63,893 nt of DNA, filler included, from Octopus bimaculoides (GCF_001194135.2; 6 parts of 6 records of this genome joined end to end with filler, not necessarily neighbours in it), one strand, 5' to 3'. Positions 38,690 to 52,636 are shown, numbered from the whole stretch's first letter. Numbers and translations: made by a program. Notes: generated by a model from the letters alone, not told the origin.

Positions 38690-41600
38690 AACCAGCAATT
38701 TTGGAAGCGGGTAAGTCGATTACCTTGACTTCAATGTTCAGCTGGTACTTATTTCATCGACTTCGAAAGGATGAAAGAAAAAGTCGACCTCAGCAGAATT
38801 TGAACTCAAAACTTAAAGAGCCGGAAGAAATGTCGCTAAATATGGTAACAATTCTGCCAGCTCGCCGCCTTAGATTTCCCCTAATAATGGTATCATGTCC
38901 CAGTATCTTCTTTTTCATTCAAATTTCCTTATATATTTATACTTTACATCTTTATTTCTTAATCCTGTTATCTCAATATGATACCACGTACCTTTCCATT
39001 CTTCTTCATCGTTGTCACTCTTGTACAGCACCTAGCAGAATTGTCACAGCACCCGGCAATATGATTTGCGGTATTTAGTTACAGCCCTTTATTCTAAGTT
39101 CAAGCCCCACCGAGGTTGATTTTACCTTTCATCGTTAACTCATGATCGATAAAGTAAGTACCTGTCAAATAACTCGGTGGGTGTTATCGACTGTTTCGTT
39201 CTACAAAAAAAAAAAGCGATAACAAAATTTAAAAAAACAACAACAAACAAACGAAAAAACTTGTGGCCGCTACAAGAATTCTTTATTATTATTCAATGCT
39301 TTTTAGGTCAGCGCGTGGGACGAAATGCTTATAGCCATTTCTTCCAGCTCTCTGAGTTCAACTTCCACAGAGGTCAATTTTACCTATCATCCTCTCAAGA
39401 TCGATTAAATAAGTACCAGTTGAGCGCCTGGGGTCAATGTAATCAACAAACTCCTTTCTCTCAAAATTGCTGGCATTGTGTCAACATTTTTGTTGTTGTT
39501 TATTTTATTCAATCAGGTTATATTATTCAAACTGGTTGAGCATAACCATGATCAAAGGTATTTCAGGTGTTGCCATTTTGTCTTTAGGAGCAAATAAGAC
39601 TACTTTATCTAATATGTCCTCTCCTTATTCAAGATGGTATCATTTGATATGAAGGGCATTTCGCTAGTATTGTTTTTGTCCTAATTTTTATAGCCGTTCT
39701 TGTTACTGACATCGTCACTTATGAAAAGACCACGGGCTGGCAGAATCGTTTGCACGCTGGACAAAATGCTTAATGGCATGTCTTCTGTCTTTATGTTCAG
39801 AGTTTAAATGCCGCCGAGGTCAACTTTGTCTTTCATTCTTTCGAGGTCGATGAAATAATTGCTAGTTAAGCACTAGGGTCAATGTAATCAACTAGCGATT
39901 TCCCCAAAATTTCAGTCTTTGTGCCTCTAATAGAAAGGATTATTACGGTGCTAGTGTAGTATGCGGTCTACCACAGTGCCAAACAGGGTTATCAACCTTA
40001 TCTTTCAGATATTTCCAGATATTTCAGAGATTAAAAAACTTCAGATATTCCAGAGATCATTCTTTTCAGAAACATAGTTTTAGCATCCAACCATGATCAC
40101 TCAATGGACTGAGTGTGTGCTCCGATCACTGGATCCACATAATGTCGTTGATGGTTCACTGTCACACGGTGATAACCTATGGCATTTAAATTATTGTAAG
40201 CGGGACACTCATCTGAATAAATTAGTGAACCTTTTTCACACTCTTTCAATAATTAGGATCAGACTGTTCCCGTCACGCCGTTCCACACAAAAGTATGTAC
40301 AGTCTGAGCCTTGTTTGAAACCAAAAACTCACGGCCGATCAATTCTACGTCCATGGTTCCTGTTGTTTCATTGTTCTGCATCACTGTCTTCGAAGAGAGG
40401 CGTTGTTGCCATTCAGCATTCTTACTCAATTGTATTTTCGTCGACCAGCAAATCTTGCTTCGTTGATCTGAATGGGGTTATCGTTTGTTACAACCATCTT
40501 CCCTCGTCGTACATGATAAACTATGGCTTCACACACCGCGCGGCACATATTGTACCAATCAGTTATTGTATTTTTAGATTTTCCTGTTAGAGTCACTGCT
40601 GTGGTCTTGGGTATATCTATGACAAAGAAAAACATTAGTTCTAAAATCTCACTCAGGCTCAGCTTGCAGTTTAATTTGTTGTTAATGTCCGTATAATGGA
40701 AAAATTGGTTTCCTTTAGTAACTGAACGTTTAAGGTAGATATCCCTGGCTATACTGTTTGACAACATGGTAGACCGCATACTATGCTAGCACCGAATGCA
40801 TTTTCCTCTACTTTCCTCTAACTCCAGAATACATAGCTGTTGTTTATGTATGATCTTTCGGCCGGTGTTTCATAACTGAGAACAAAACTCAAACTTTCTA
40901 GCTTGCAAGAATTCTTTTCCTATGTCTTCTCTTCAATGGTTCGCTGAAATACAGATTGATGCAGTAATTCATTTAATATCAACACAAACCAGCTAACGAC
41001 CAAGCTCAGTTGAGTTTCTTAAAATACGTTTCGTCTTCCCATTCCACATTCTATTCCTTCTGCATACCTCTCGCCTCTGCCCCACATCCTTTATCTACCT
41101 CCACGGACTCAGTCTCCATTGGCTGCCACAGCTCAGAGAGTCTAGTGTATTTGATGTACTCTCTTCCGTTCACATTTCAATTTTCACAGGCTACTCCGAG
41201 CATAAAAATGTGTTTACTTGGGCAAGGGAATAATAATAATTATTATTGTTATTATTAAAGCGGCGAGCTTTAGCATGGCGAGCAAAATACTTAACAGTAT
41301 TTCGTCCGTCTTTACGTTCTGAGTTCATATATCACTGTGGTCGATTTCGCCTTTAATCCTTTCGGGTCGATAAAATAACTACCAGATGAGAACTGGGATT
41401 GATGTCTTCGATTTATTCCTTCCTCCGAAATTGCTGGCTTTGTACCAAAATTTAAAAGCATTATTATAATTATTACTTCTGTTTCTCTGAAATAATTTGA
41501 TAGCAATCCTGTTAAATGAACTGAATTTAACCAATTCATTTGCTCTCGTCATCTCCACTATGACTTTATTGGTAATCACCAAACTAAGCATATTTTAATC

Positions 41601-42355
41601 AAATTCGTCAGCCATTCTCTCGAGATTCTTGGTCTTTATTCATGTATGATTATGATGAGAACTAAAACAGAGAGAATTTAGAAACATCTATTACGAAAAC
41701 AACTATCAAAGATGAACATAAGAACGTATCACAAAATGCATTGCAATAACGAGAACAAATCGTTTTTAATGCTTTGATAGGTGCTCCAATTTGGGCTAGA
41801 ACCTTAAACATTTATAAATATCTATGAAGTGGATTAACTTATAACGTGAATTTCACAGAGTTGTCTTTCTTGAAAAAAAAATAGAAGTTATAAATGATTA
41901 CAGAGTTACTTCCCTTGAAAGACTATTTAAAAAAAAAAGTCTTGACAACTCGAGATAATATCAGCAATTTAATTGAAAACCATTATAAAGTTAATACAGT
42001 CTAAACTATTTCAAGGAAAGGGTGCTAAAGTATCCTAACAAGTAAGAAAAAATGTCGAGAAATGAAAAAAAGGAAAGTAATATGTAGTGTTATTTTAATT
42101 TGCGAATTATGTACCTTACAATAAATTCTCTAAGACTGATACCAAATTTTACCACAAGGCGAGTGATTTCGGAGAGGTGGAGATAAATCGATTACATCGA
42201 TCCCGGTGTTCAGTTGGTACTTATTTTATCGATCTCCAAAGGAGGAAAGGCAAAGTTGACCCCGGTGGTATTTGAACTCAGAACGTAAAGTCGGAAGAAA
42301 TACCGCTGTGCATTTTTCCCGGCGCGGAAATGATTTTGTCAACCCATCGCCTTAA
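38690..42355. mobile_element. Cluster of six SINE family A copies (38690-38880 -, 39080-39200 +, 39300-39480 +, 39730-39945 +, 41258-41465 +, 42135-42355 -)
   Basis: Shared core GAGTTCAAAT..CC..GAGGTCGACTTT..CTTTCATCCTTTCG.GGTCGATAAAATAAGTACCAG in both orientations. Confidence 0.8.
39946..40794 (-). mobile_element. Merlin (IS1595/IS1016-like DDE) transposon, internally deleted, bounded by TIRs
   Basis: TIR CGGTGCTAGTGTAGTATGCGGTCTACCA (39946-39973) matches 40767-40794 at 26/28. Transposase remnant IQINEARFAGRRKYN...*VFG...VERRDG...GSLIYSDECPAYNNL...GYHRVTVNH..YVDPVIGAHTQSIE*SW (about 40078-40779). Confidence 0.9.
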
Positions 42356-42401
42356 TCATTATTGTAAAATTACAATGTCTGATAAGATATGATATGATAT
42401 G

Positions 42402-42432
<31 letters not shown>

Positions 42433-43019
42433 TGTATGTATGTATGTAGTGAAGGCACATAAGTTTTGTGGTTAGTGTATTGGTAGAGTCAAATGCTCCT
42501 TCTCAAAAATAAATAAATAAATAGATAAAGGAATTGGTTCGTGTCGTCCGAGTGAATCCGCAGAAGGATCGCTACCTCTTGCCGCCGGTTCTTTCCCTAC
42601 AGATCATTAGCCGTGCAGGATTATTGCATTGCTTAAGTGTAATTGTGTTGGCTATCATGCGTCGACATGTCAGCAACCAAATTGCCTTCTGAATACTGTT
42701 CGCTGCTGGGGCTACGTGAAATTTTAGTATTTCGCTACCGACAGTTTCCTTTCATTTTTTCGGAAAATTTACGATAGAAAACTACATGTTAACCGCTGCC
42801 TCTATGCTGAGTCCATCTAGTTTTAACTTTTAATTTTTTTTTTTTTCTGACAGGTCTTGTTTTTGCCCTGTTGGATTTCTAGGAACCCGTCTCACAAAGT
42901 AAACCTAGTAAGGAAAAGGGTTTAGTCGCCGAATGTTTGTGTGTACACACACACAGACACACGCACACGCACGCACGCACACACACACATTCACACACAC
43001 ACGCACACACACATATTTA

Positions 43020-43216
43020 GTTGTTTGTTATGGTCGGTTAGAGAGTGAGCATTGGTTTGGCACCTATAAAGCACTTAGCTGTATAGAGGACTTTTCACAC
43101 TAGTTGGACGAAGGAACATAACCTCTCTACCGGCCAACGAATCTGACGCTTATACAGCTAAGTACTTTAAAAGTGCGAAACCAATGGTCACTCTCTGACC
43201 TGCTATAACAAACAAC
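43020..43216. mobile_element. 197-bp MITE or foldback with 66-bp TIRs
   Basis: 43020-43085 versus the reverse complement of 43151-43216 matches 57/66; 65-nt spacer. Confidence 0.8.
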
Positions 43217-45307
43217 CTTCTAAGCATTACTGCTCTAGTGTCTTAGAACGGGCTTCGTTCAGGATATATGAACCACTGACCGATTATATATATATATATN
43301 NNNNNNNNNNNNNNNNNNNNNNNNNNNNNNNNNNNNNNNNNNNNNNNNNNNNNNNNNNNNNNNNNNNNNNNNNNNNNNNNNNNNNNNNNNNNNNNNNNNN
43401 NNNNNNNNNNNNNNNNNNNNNNNNNNNNNNNNNNNNNNNNNNNNNNNNNNNNNNNNNNNNNNNNNNNNNNNNNNNNNNNNNNNNNNNNNNNNNNNNNNNN
43501 NNNNNNNNNNNNNNNNNNNNNNNNNNNNNNNNNNNNNNNNNNNNNNNNNNNNNNNNNNNNNNNNNNNNNNNNNNNNNNNNNNNNNNNNNNNNNNNNNNNN
43601 NNNNNNNNNNNNNNNNNNNNNNNNNNNNNNNNNNNNNNNNNNNNNNNNNNNNNNNNNNNNNNNNNNNNNNNNNNNNNNNNNNNNNNNNNNNNNNNNNNNN
43701 NNNNNNNNNNNNNNNNNNNNNNNNNNNNNNNNNNNNNNNNNNNNNNNNNNNNNNNNNNNNNNNNNNNNNNNNNNNNNNNNNNNNNNNNNNNNNNNNNNNN
43801 NNNNNNNNNNNNNNNNNNNNNNNNNNNNNNNNNNNNNNNNNNNNNNNNNNNNNNNNNNNNNNNNNNNNNNNNNNNNNNNNNNNNNNNNNNNNNNNNNNNN
43901 NNNNNNNNNNNNNNNNNNNNNNNNNNNNNNNNNNNNNNNNNNNNNNNNNNNNNNNNNNNNNNNNNNNNNNNNNNNNNNNNNNNNNNNNNNNNNNNNNNNN
44001 NNNNNNNNNNNNNNNNNNNNNNNNNNNNNNNNNNNNNNNNNNNNNNNNNNNNNNNNNNNNNNNNNNNNNNNNNNNNNNNNNNNNNNNNNNNNNNNNNNNN
44101 NNNNNNNNNNNNNNNNNNNNNNNNNNNNNNNNNNNNNNNNNNNNNNNNNNNNNNNNNNNNNNNNNNNNNNNNNNNNNNNNNNNNNNNNNNNNNNNNNNNN
44201 NNNNNNNNNNNNNNNNNNNNNNNNNNNNNNNNNNNNNNNTATATATATATATATATATATATGTAACGGTGGGTCACCAATATAACGGTATGGTTAAGGC
44301 GTGAAAGATGAAAGAATAATAATAGTTGAAGTTGGAAAGAAATATTGATGTACCGTTACTTTGTATATATATCCAAAATCACGACAGGTTGGTATGAATA
44401 ATTAGTAAATGGAAAAGCATGCGAAGTTAAGAGAATTAATTTCGTCCGGTATGTGTGTGCACGTTATCGTAGTAGTAATCCACAGATAGAGATAAGATGA
44501 TGTTGTAAGAGAAAAGAAACTGAGCTAGTGAAAGTTATAGAGTCGAGGTAAATTGTATCTCATAATTGGCTGATTGTAACCGTCTTTCTCCCACTGGCTG
44601 CCTGCTTATGATCATGACATTAGTTAGTCTCTGTTCACTAACTGATGCCTTACCAAATTCTAATATTTATAACTATGCAAAACCAGTTAGAAGGATAAAC
44701 ATATTGTTGAGAACAATAGATTTCGATGAGAGTCTGTCATCTCTTTTCTAGCAATTGGTGAAATAGAAGAGGTTAGAAGAGTCAAGTGGGTAAGACAATA
44801 TTCTGCTTAGCGAAGGCATCTGGCAAAGTTAACTGCTGTCACTCACAGAAAAACTATTGTTTTACCGTGAGAAAAGTGCTGTTGAACTGTTAAGTGAAAT
44901 TTGGTGATCGAAGATCGAATCCATGTAATGCCTGCATGAAGCCACTATATATATATATATATATATNNNNNNNNNNNNNNNNNNNNNNNNNNNNNNNNNN
45001 NNNNNNNNNNTTAATTAATTAANNNNNNNNNNNNNNNNNNNNNNNNNNNNNNNNNNNNNNNNNNNNATATAAACACATACGTACATACACATTCATGTAT
45101 ACATACATATTAATATATATACATGTCCTTGTGTATGTATAATATATATACATATATATACATATATATATATATATACACATATATATATACACATATA
45201 TATATGTATGTATGTATGTATATATATATATATACATGGTTTATCTTTATATGTATTTATAGTTATGAGTAAACAAATATCCATATGTATACACAGAATC
45301 ACACATT

Positions 45308-45357
<50 letters not shown>

Positions 45358-46157
45358 TAGTATATGTGTGTATACACATATACATACAAATGCATACTCA
45401 TATGCATATGCCTACACACATATCCACATATATTTGTTATGGATTAAAATTAATTTCAATTTTGTCGGGTAATATGCTATGAATAAGTGATCGTCAACTT
45501 TCTCTATGATAACAAAGACATAACTAACAAAACAATTTAAACCGAAAACAATACAATGAATAATAGAACGTTTAATCTGATGGCAGAGAAATGACGGTGA
45601 ATGTAAGATGACATACAAACTTCTCTTTTTATTGAATAAGAGATAGATCTGTAATCTTTTATTTTTATATATTATATTTTATTCAGTATAACCTCTACCG
45701 TCCTTTCAATTTCTCAATCAAACAAAAGACAGACATTGGGATTATACTTATTTGGATATAATACTGGCTTGATATTTTTTCTTGCTTTTGTTTTTGAGGT
45801 GAAATCGCCATTGTATAAAGGTTTATAGCCTTTTGTTTCTCTCTTTAATAGAAAGCTTTACTAAGTAAGTAACAAAAGTGTAATTGATATGTTTGGTTTA
45901 AAAAGTAGAGAAAAATCGAAGAGATTTATTACTCATTTTATATATTAATTAAAACTCGCTTTCTAATTTTCTCTCCCTTTTTTAGCTATTTTTTTTTTCA
46001 GTTGTTTGAACAATAATCTATCCGTCTGCTCATGATTAATTAATTAATTTTATTCATTTATTTACTTATTTTTGATGATACACAAGGCCTAGAAATTTAT
46101 AGATGAAATGAAATGTAGAGTTCAATGGATCAAATCATGTAAAATATTTTATTATTA

Positions 46158-46188
<31 letters not shown>

Positions 46189-46190
46189 GA

Positions 46191-46221
<31 letters not shown>

Positions 46222-46622
46222 TGTTATTATTATTATTATTGTCCCTTTTCTAATTTGTAATAAAAGGCAATTCAAGCAGCAACGGTATTTGTTGTTTAGT
46301 TCCAGATCAGCTCTGCTTGAGCACGGTGTTCCAGCCCTAGCCATTACCATTTGCTTTTGTTTTTTTTTTGTTTTTTTCTTGTATATTCTTGACTACGTTG
46401 TTCAATGCCCTTTATAAAAAAAAAAGAATAGCTGTGTATGATTAAAGTAGACTTGTCAGTTAATTTTCATAGGCCGAGTAACTATATAGAGGTTCCTTCT
46501 TTGATTCGAACTCTCGACCTATGTTTTTACTCCAAGATATATAAATTCCTCAACTGAGATGCAGTAAATAATCTTCTCCGGCACTGGTACTCTCTCTCTC
46601 TGTCTCTCTGTGTGTGTCTCTC

Positions 46623-46689
<67 letters not shown>

Positions 46690-47742
46690 NNNNNNNNNNN
46701 NNNNNNNNNNNNNNNNNNNNNNNNNNNNNNNNNNNNNNNNNNNNNNNNNNNNNNNNNNNNNNNNNNNNNNNNNNNNNNNNNNNNNNNNNNNNNNNNNNNN
46801 NNNNNNNNNNNNNNNNNNNNNNNNNNNNNNNNNNNNNNNNNNNNNNNNNNNNNNNNNNNNNNNNNNNNNNNNNNNNNNNNNNNNNNNNNNNNNNNNNNNN
46901 NNNNNNNNNNNNNNNNNNNNNNNNNNNNNNNNNNNNNNNNNNNNNNNNNNNNNNNNNNNNNNNNNNNNNNNNNNNNNNNNNNNNNNNNNNNNNNNNNNNN
47001 NNNNNNNNNNNNNNNNNNNNNNNNNNNNNNNNNNNNNNNNNNNNNNNNNNNNNNNNNNNNNNNNNNNNNNNNNNNNNNNNNNNNNNNNNNNNNNNNNNNN
47101 NNNNNNNNNNNNNNNNNNNNNNNNNNNNNNNNNNNNNNNNNNNNNNNNNNNNNNNNNNNNNNNNNNNNNNNNNNNNNNNNNNNNNNNNNNNNNNNNNNNN
47201 NNNNNNNNNNNNNNNNNNNNNNNNNNNNNNNNNNNNNNNNNNNNNNNNNNNNNNNNNNNNNNNNNNNNNNNNNNNNNNNNNNNNNNNNNNNNNNNNNNNN
47301 NNNNNNNNNNNNNNNNNNNNNNNNNNNNNNNNNNNNNNNNNNNNNNNNNNNNNNNNNNNNNNNNNNNNNNNNNNNNNNNNNNNNNNNNNNNNNNNNNNNN
47401 NNNNNNNNNNNNNNNNNNNNNNNNNNNNNNNNNNNNNNNNNNNNNNNNNNNNNNNNNNNNNNNNNNNNNNNNNNNNNNNNNNNNNNNNNNNNNNNNNNNN
47501 NNNNNNNNNNNNNNNNNNNNNNNNNNNNNNNNNNNNNNNNNNNNNNNNNNNNNNNNNNNNNNNNNNNNNNNNNNNNNNNNNNNNNNNNNNNNNNNNNNNN
47601 NNNNNNNNNNNNNNNNNNNNNNNNNNNNNNNNNNNNNNNNNNNNNNNNNNNNNNNNNNNNNNNNNNNNNNNNNNNNNNNTATATATAATGAGAAGTCAAA
47701 ACGTATAGTAATAAGCAAATGTCTGTTTGTTTATTACTATAC

Positions 47743-47797
<55 letters not shown>

Positions 47798-48520
47798 AAG
47801 TAATCTCAACCTCTTTCTGAGTGATTTATTAGTAAGAGGAGATTCAGATGTCTATGTGAATACAGCAGTTTTCGTTTCTGTCTTTGGTAGTTATATCTGT
47901 ACTGTTCACATTGATTTCGTTGGAGGACTATCAAACTTGATAGATAAGTACCAGATTACTGCAGCCGGATCCCTGCCATGTACCAGCAAGTGCTTATTCA
48001 GTAGAACTAACCCTAATATTTTACAGACACTATGCCATTTCTTCCAGTTACTGTTATGTCTCAAGCTACTGCTATCCAGCAACTTCGGATGATCTCTACT
48101 CAACCGCTACACAACTGCTACTCAACACTCCTACCACGGCCAGACTACCTCTATTTATATGTCTTGGAAGATCCTACTTCTTCGCCTGGGGGCGTCGACA
48201 CAACAGTTACTAACCTTAATTTTAATTTTACTTTGTAAAATATGTATTTTCTACATTCTGGTGTATTCGCCTCAGTCGAAACAGCTACTATTAACTTGAG
48301 CATGTTTTATCAAGCATCGAGAGCTGAAAAACGGAATTGTTTCTAACGTGAATAAAATTCAGAATTAATAAAGTAGCAGGGCATTTTGTTCAAAATTTTA
48401 TTATTATCCTACAATGATTTAACTGTGTTGCGGTAGTTGTGTTTTGTACCAAACATTCGTCTTCATAATGTGAGAAAATAAAGGAAATTATTAGGAATTT
48501 CAAACAGAACTGGTAAAATA

Positions 48521-48539
48521 AAGATGGCGTATCGGAAGT
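48521..48539 (+). promoter_or_regulatory. Adjacent YY1-like (AAGATGGCG) and ETS-like (CGGAAGT) motifs
   Basis: Motif matches only. Confidence 0.2.
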
Positions 48540-48887
48540 AAAAGATTGTTTTGTTCATGAACATAATAACTTCAATTCGCACAAACGTAAGAAAAGATTA
48601 AAATAAAGTCAAGTTCGAAGGTCGATTCTTCACTGAAAGATAATTCTTCCCTACAAACCTAGTTGGTTAGGTTGAACTGAGAAATCAATATATTTCAATA
48701 TTTTAATATTTTCCAATGTTTTAAAGAACGCAGAGGTAATGTATTGATAAGCTTCTGTTAATAGCCACAAGAAAAGTATGAACGCTAATTAATATCATGT
48801 CTGGCCCCTCTTCCCTCTTTGTCATCATGCAGCAATATGAATTTTGGAAATTTTCGTTCGCGACTTGTCACACAGAAGATATTCTAC

Positions 48888-48907
48888 TATGACGTCATAA
48901 TTTGCAT
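48888..48907. promoter_or_regulatory. Perfect CRE (TGACGTCA within the 12-bp palindrome TATGACGTCATA) next to an octamer (ATTTGCAT)
   Basis: Motif matches only, in unique AT-rich sequence. Confidence 0.25.
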
Positions 48908-49461
48908 TCATTTTAATTATTGAATCATTTAACTAATTTTATGAATACAAACAACGGTATTCTTTACTTTTATGTCATATTTTTAATATTTCTACAGACA
49001 TCAAACATTAAAATTATATAGATAGATGTCTTGGCTATTAAATCCGAGACAGCATTTGCCAACTTTAAAATTGAATACATCGACTGCCGCTTTCTGTATT
49101 AAAATCGAAACAACGTTAACAGTAGAATTATATGGATTGGTGTCTATAAAATTCAAAAGAGCATTAACATGAGAATTATATAAACTGTTGGTTTGCCTAT
49201 TCAATCCAATACAGCTTTTAGATTCTTCACCAACCAGTGTGCTAGACAGACAAGAAAGATCGTATATGTCACAAAATATATTTTAGAGGGTCTACATCGC
49301 GAAACACATTATTTGATATCTAGGTAAGAGAATTCGACAGAATTTATTCTTCTCATACATATTCATAATCACATAAGTTCCTGCATTCATACACAGTTGT
49401 GTGTATGTANNNNNNNNNNNNNNNNNNNNNNNNNNNNNNNNNNNNNNNNNNNNNNNNNNNN

Positions 49462-49504
<43 letters not shown>

Positions 49505-50668
49505 TGTATACAGTACATATTTGTGTGTGTATGTATATGTGTACAGCTATAACATGCGTACATATTGTAGTGGAAATATACGTTCAGTATCAAGCATTGA
49601 TATGGCTGCGTGTATATTATTACAAGAATTCTCATAGAGAAGAAGAATAAATTTGTTATGCATTCGTTTTATTAATTTTCTTTTGGAAATTTGTCTAATT
49701 TATTAAATAAATTATTGTTATTTTATTGCTTCTGCGTTAGACCTTCACTTGCTCCTTGTTTTCGTATTGTCTTTTTGTTGTGTTCGGTCCTTGTGGCCAA
49801 TAAAGTAAAGAAAGTTTAAATTATTCAACTCGTTCTTGTGTTATGGACTGTTTTGTCCGTATGCTACTCTTACGCTAAGGGAGGTAATAACTCAATGGAG
49901 AGTTCTCTCTTTCCTTTCCTGAGCGTCCAATAATACTATCCATATCACGTCCTCACTTTGTTGTTTTTTTGTTTCTTTGTTATTGTGTTTTTGAACTATA
50001 TATANNNNNNNNNNNNNNNNNNNNNNNNNNNNNNNNNNNNNNNNNNNNTTAATTAATTAANNNNNNNNNNNNNNNNNNNNNNNNNNNNNNNNNNNNNNNN
50101 NNNNTATGCATATATATATATAAATGTATATACATTTATAGATTTATTCTTACAAGTGTATATATTCATGGAAACACATACAACCACACATATGAATGTA
50201 AATGCATCCGTACATATAGACTCATAAGGGAGAAAAAGAAGCAGAGAGAGAGAAAGAGAGAGATAGAGATACTCTGCATTACAACGACCTCAGTTTACAG
50301 GACTTGGGGCTCAGAGAAAATGTAAAATATCACCACTAATTTCAGTATACTGGCTTTAATTTAACCTGCACATATACTCAAAAATAATTACAATAATCTA
50401 AAAATTTACACTTTCTTCTTACCCCAAAGATTTAAATTAAATTATACTTAACAATTTGAAATGCTATTAATATAATTACATATTTGTATGGGAAGGGTGT
50501 TAGTGTGCTTGTGTGTGTGTGTGCTTGTGAGTGTGTGAAGGTTGTATGAACATATCTACACATTGTCATATCGATAAACTTAATAATGCTTGCGAATAGC
50601 TATCGCTTTCTTTCCCTCTCACTTTCTCTCTCTCTCTTTCTCACTCTCTCTCTCTCTGTCTCTCTCTG

Positions 50669-50701
<33 letters not shown>

Positions 50702-51748
50702 CTACCTACCTATCTGTCTACNNNNNNNNNNNNNNNNNNNNNNNNNNNNNNNNNNNNNNNNNNNNNNNNNNNNNNNNNNNNNNNNNNNNNNNNNNNNNNN
50801 NNNNNNNNNNNNNNNNNNNNNNNNNNNNNNNNNNNNNNNNNNNNNNNNNNNNNNNNNNNNNNNNNNNNNNNNNNNNNNNNNNNNNNNNNNNNNNNNNNNN
50901 NNNNNNNNNNNNNNNNNNNNNNNNNNNNNNNNNNNNNNNNNNNNNNNNNNNNNNNNNNNNNNNNNNNNNNNNNNNNNNNNNNNNNNNNNNNNNNNNNNNN
51001 NNNNNNNNNNNNNNNNNNNNNNNNNNNNNNNNNNNNNNNNNNNNNNNNNNNNNNNNNNNNNNNNNNNNNNNNNNNNNNNNNNNNNNNNNNNNNNNNNNNN
51101 NNNNNNNNNNNNNNNNNNNNNNNNNNNNNNNNNNNNNNNNNNNNNNNNNNNNNNNNNNNNNNNNNNNNNNNNNNNNNNNNNNNNNNNNNNNNNNNNNNNN
51201 NNNNNNNNNNNNNNNNNNNNNNNNNNNNNNNNNNNNNNNNNNNNNNNNNNNNNNNNNNNNNNNNNNNNNNNNNNNNNNNNNNNNNNNNNNNNNNNNNNNN
51301 NNNNNNNNNNNNNNNNNNNNNNNNNNNNNNNNNNNNNNNNNNNNNNNNNNNNNNNNNNNNNNNNNNNNNNNNNNNNNNNNNNNNNNNNNNNNNNNNNNNN
51401 NNNNNNNNNNNNNNNNNNNNNNNNNNNNNNNNNNNNNNNNNNNNNNNNNNNNNNNNNNNNNNNNNNNNNNNNNNNNNNNNNNNNNNNNNNNNNNNNNNNN
51501 NNNNNNNNNNNNNNNNNNNNNNNNNNNNNNNNNNNNNNNNNNNNNNNNNNNNNNNNNNNNNNNNNNNNNNNNNNNNNNNNNNNNNNNNNNNNNNNNNNNN
51601 NNNNNNNNNNNNGTGTGAAGGTTGTATGAACATATCTACACATTGTCATATCGATAAACTTAATAATGCTTGCGAATAGCTATCGCTTTCTTTCCCTCTC
51701 ACTTTCTCTCTCTCTCTTTCTCACTCTCTCTCTCTCTGTCTCTCTCTG

Positions 51749-51781
<33 letters not shown>

Positions 51782-52032
51782 CTACCTACCTATCTGTCTA
51801 CTTATCAATCTATCTATCTATATATCTATCAGTCTGCTAACGTATTCCTATGAAGTGTTTGTCAGAATGAACACTTATGTTCTGTGAAAGGGAATTTTGG
51901 ACTGAATGAGCGTGTATTTCTGTACATTTTCTTGGTTTACAATGTGTCTCTCCCCATCCTACTCTTTCTCTCCCCATCCTACTCTTTCTCTCTCTTTATA
52001 CACACACACACACACACACACANNNNNNNNNN

Positions 52033-52120
<88 letters not shown>

Positions 52121-52452
52121 GTATGTATGTATGTGTGTGTGTGAGTGTGTGTGTGTGTGTGTCTACATATGCATGCCCATGGATATGTATGGTTGTGTAC
52201 TGGAAGTGTTCATAATTACATATATTCGTATGGTTTCAAGCTGATTAGTTGTTTAACAAACACATTAAACAAGCGATAGATTACTTAGTCGGTTAGAGAT
52301 TCTAACCAATTTAATAATAATAAAGAAGTGAAACTGGGTCAGTGTATGTATCTATTATTATTGTCCTAATGACCTTCCCGAAACACAAGCTTTGTTTCAA
52401 CACACAGTTTCACATCAAGAATCTTGCAAACCAAATATATCTCGAAGCACAT

Positions 52453-52457
<5 letters not shown>

Positions 52458-52527
<70 letters not shown>

Positions 52528-52552
52528 TTGACAGACAGATTAGCTAGCTAGC

Positions 52553-52636
<84 letters not shown>
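52458..52636. repeat. (GA)n followed by (GATA)n microsatellites, representative of dozens of TA, CA, GA, TATG, TATC and ATT tracts in the window
   Basis: Read directly from the sequence. Confidence 0.95.

Noticed and set aside
47900-47960. TVHIDFVGGL resembling a Gypsy integrase motif
   Set aside because: It is a ten-residue match with no supporting flanking motifs or LTRs.
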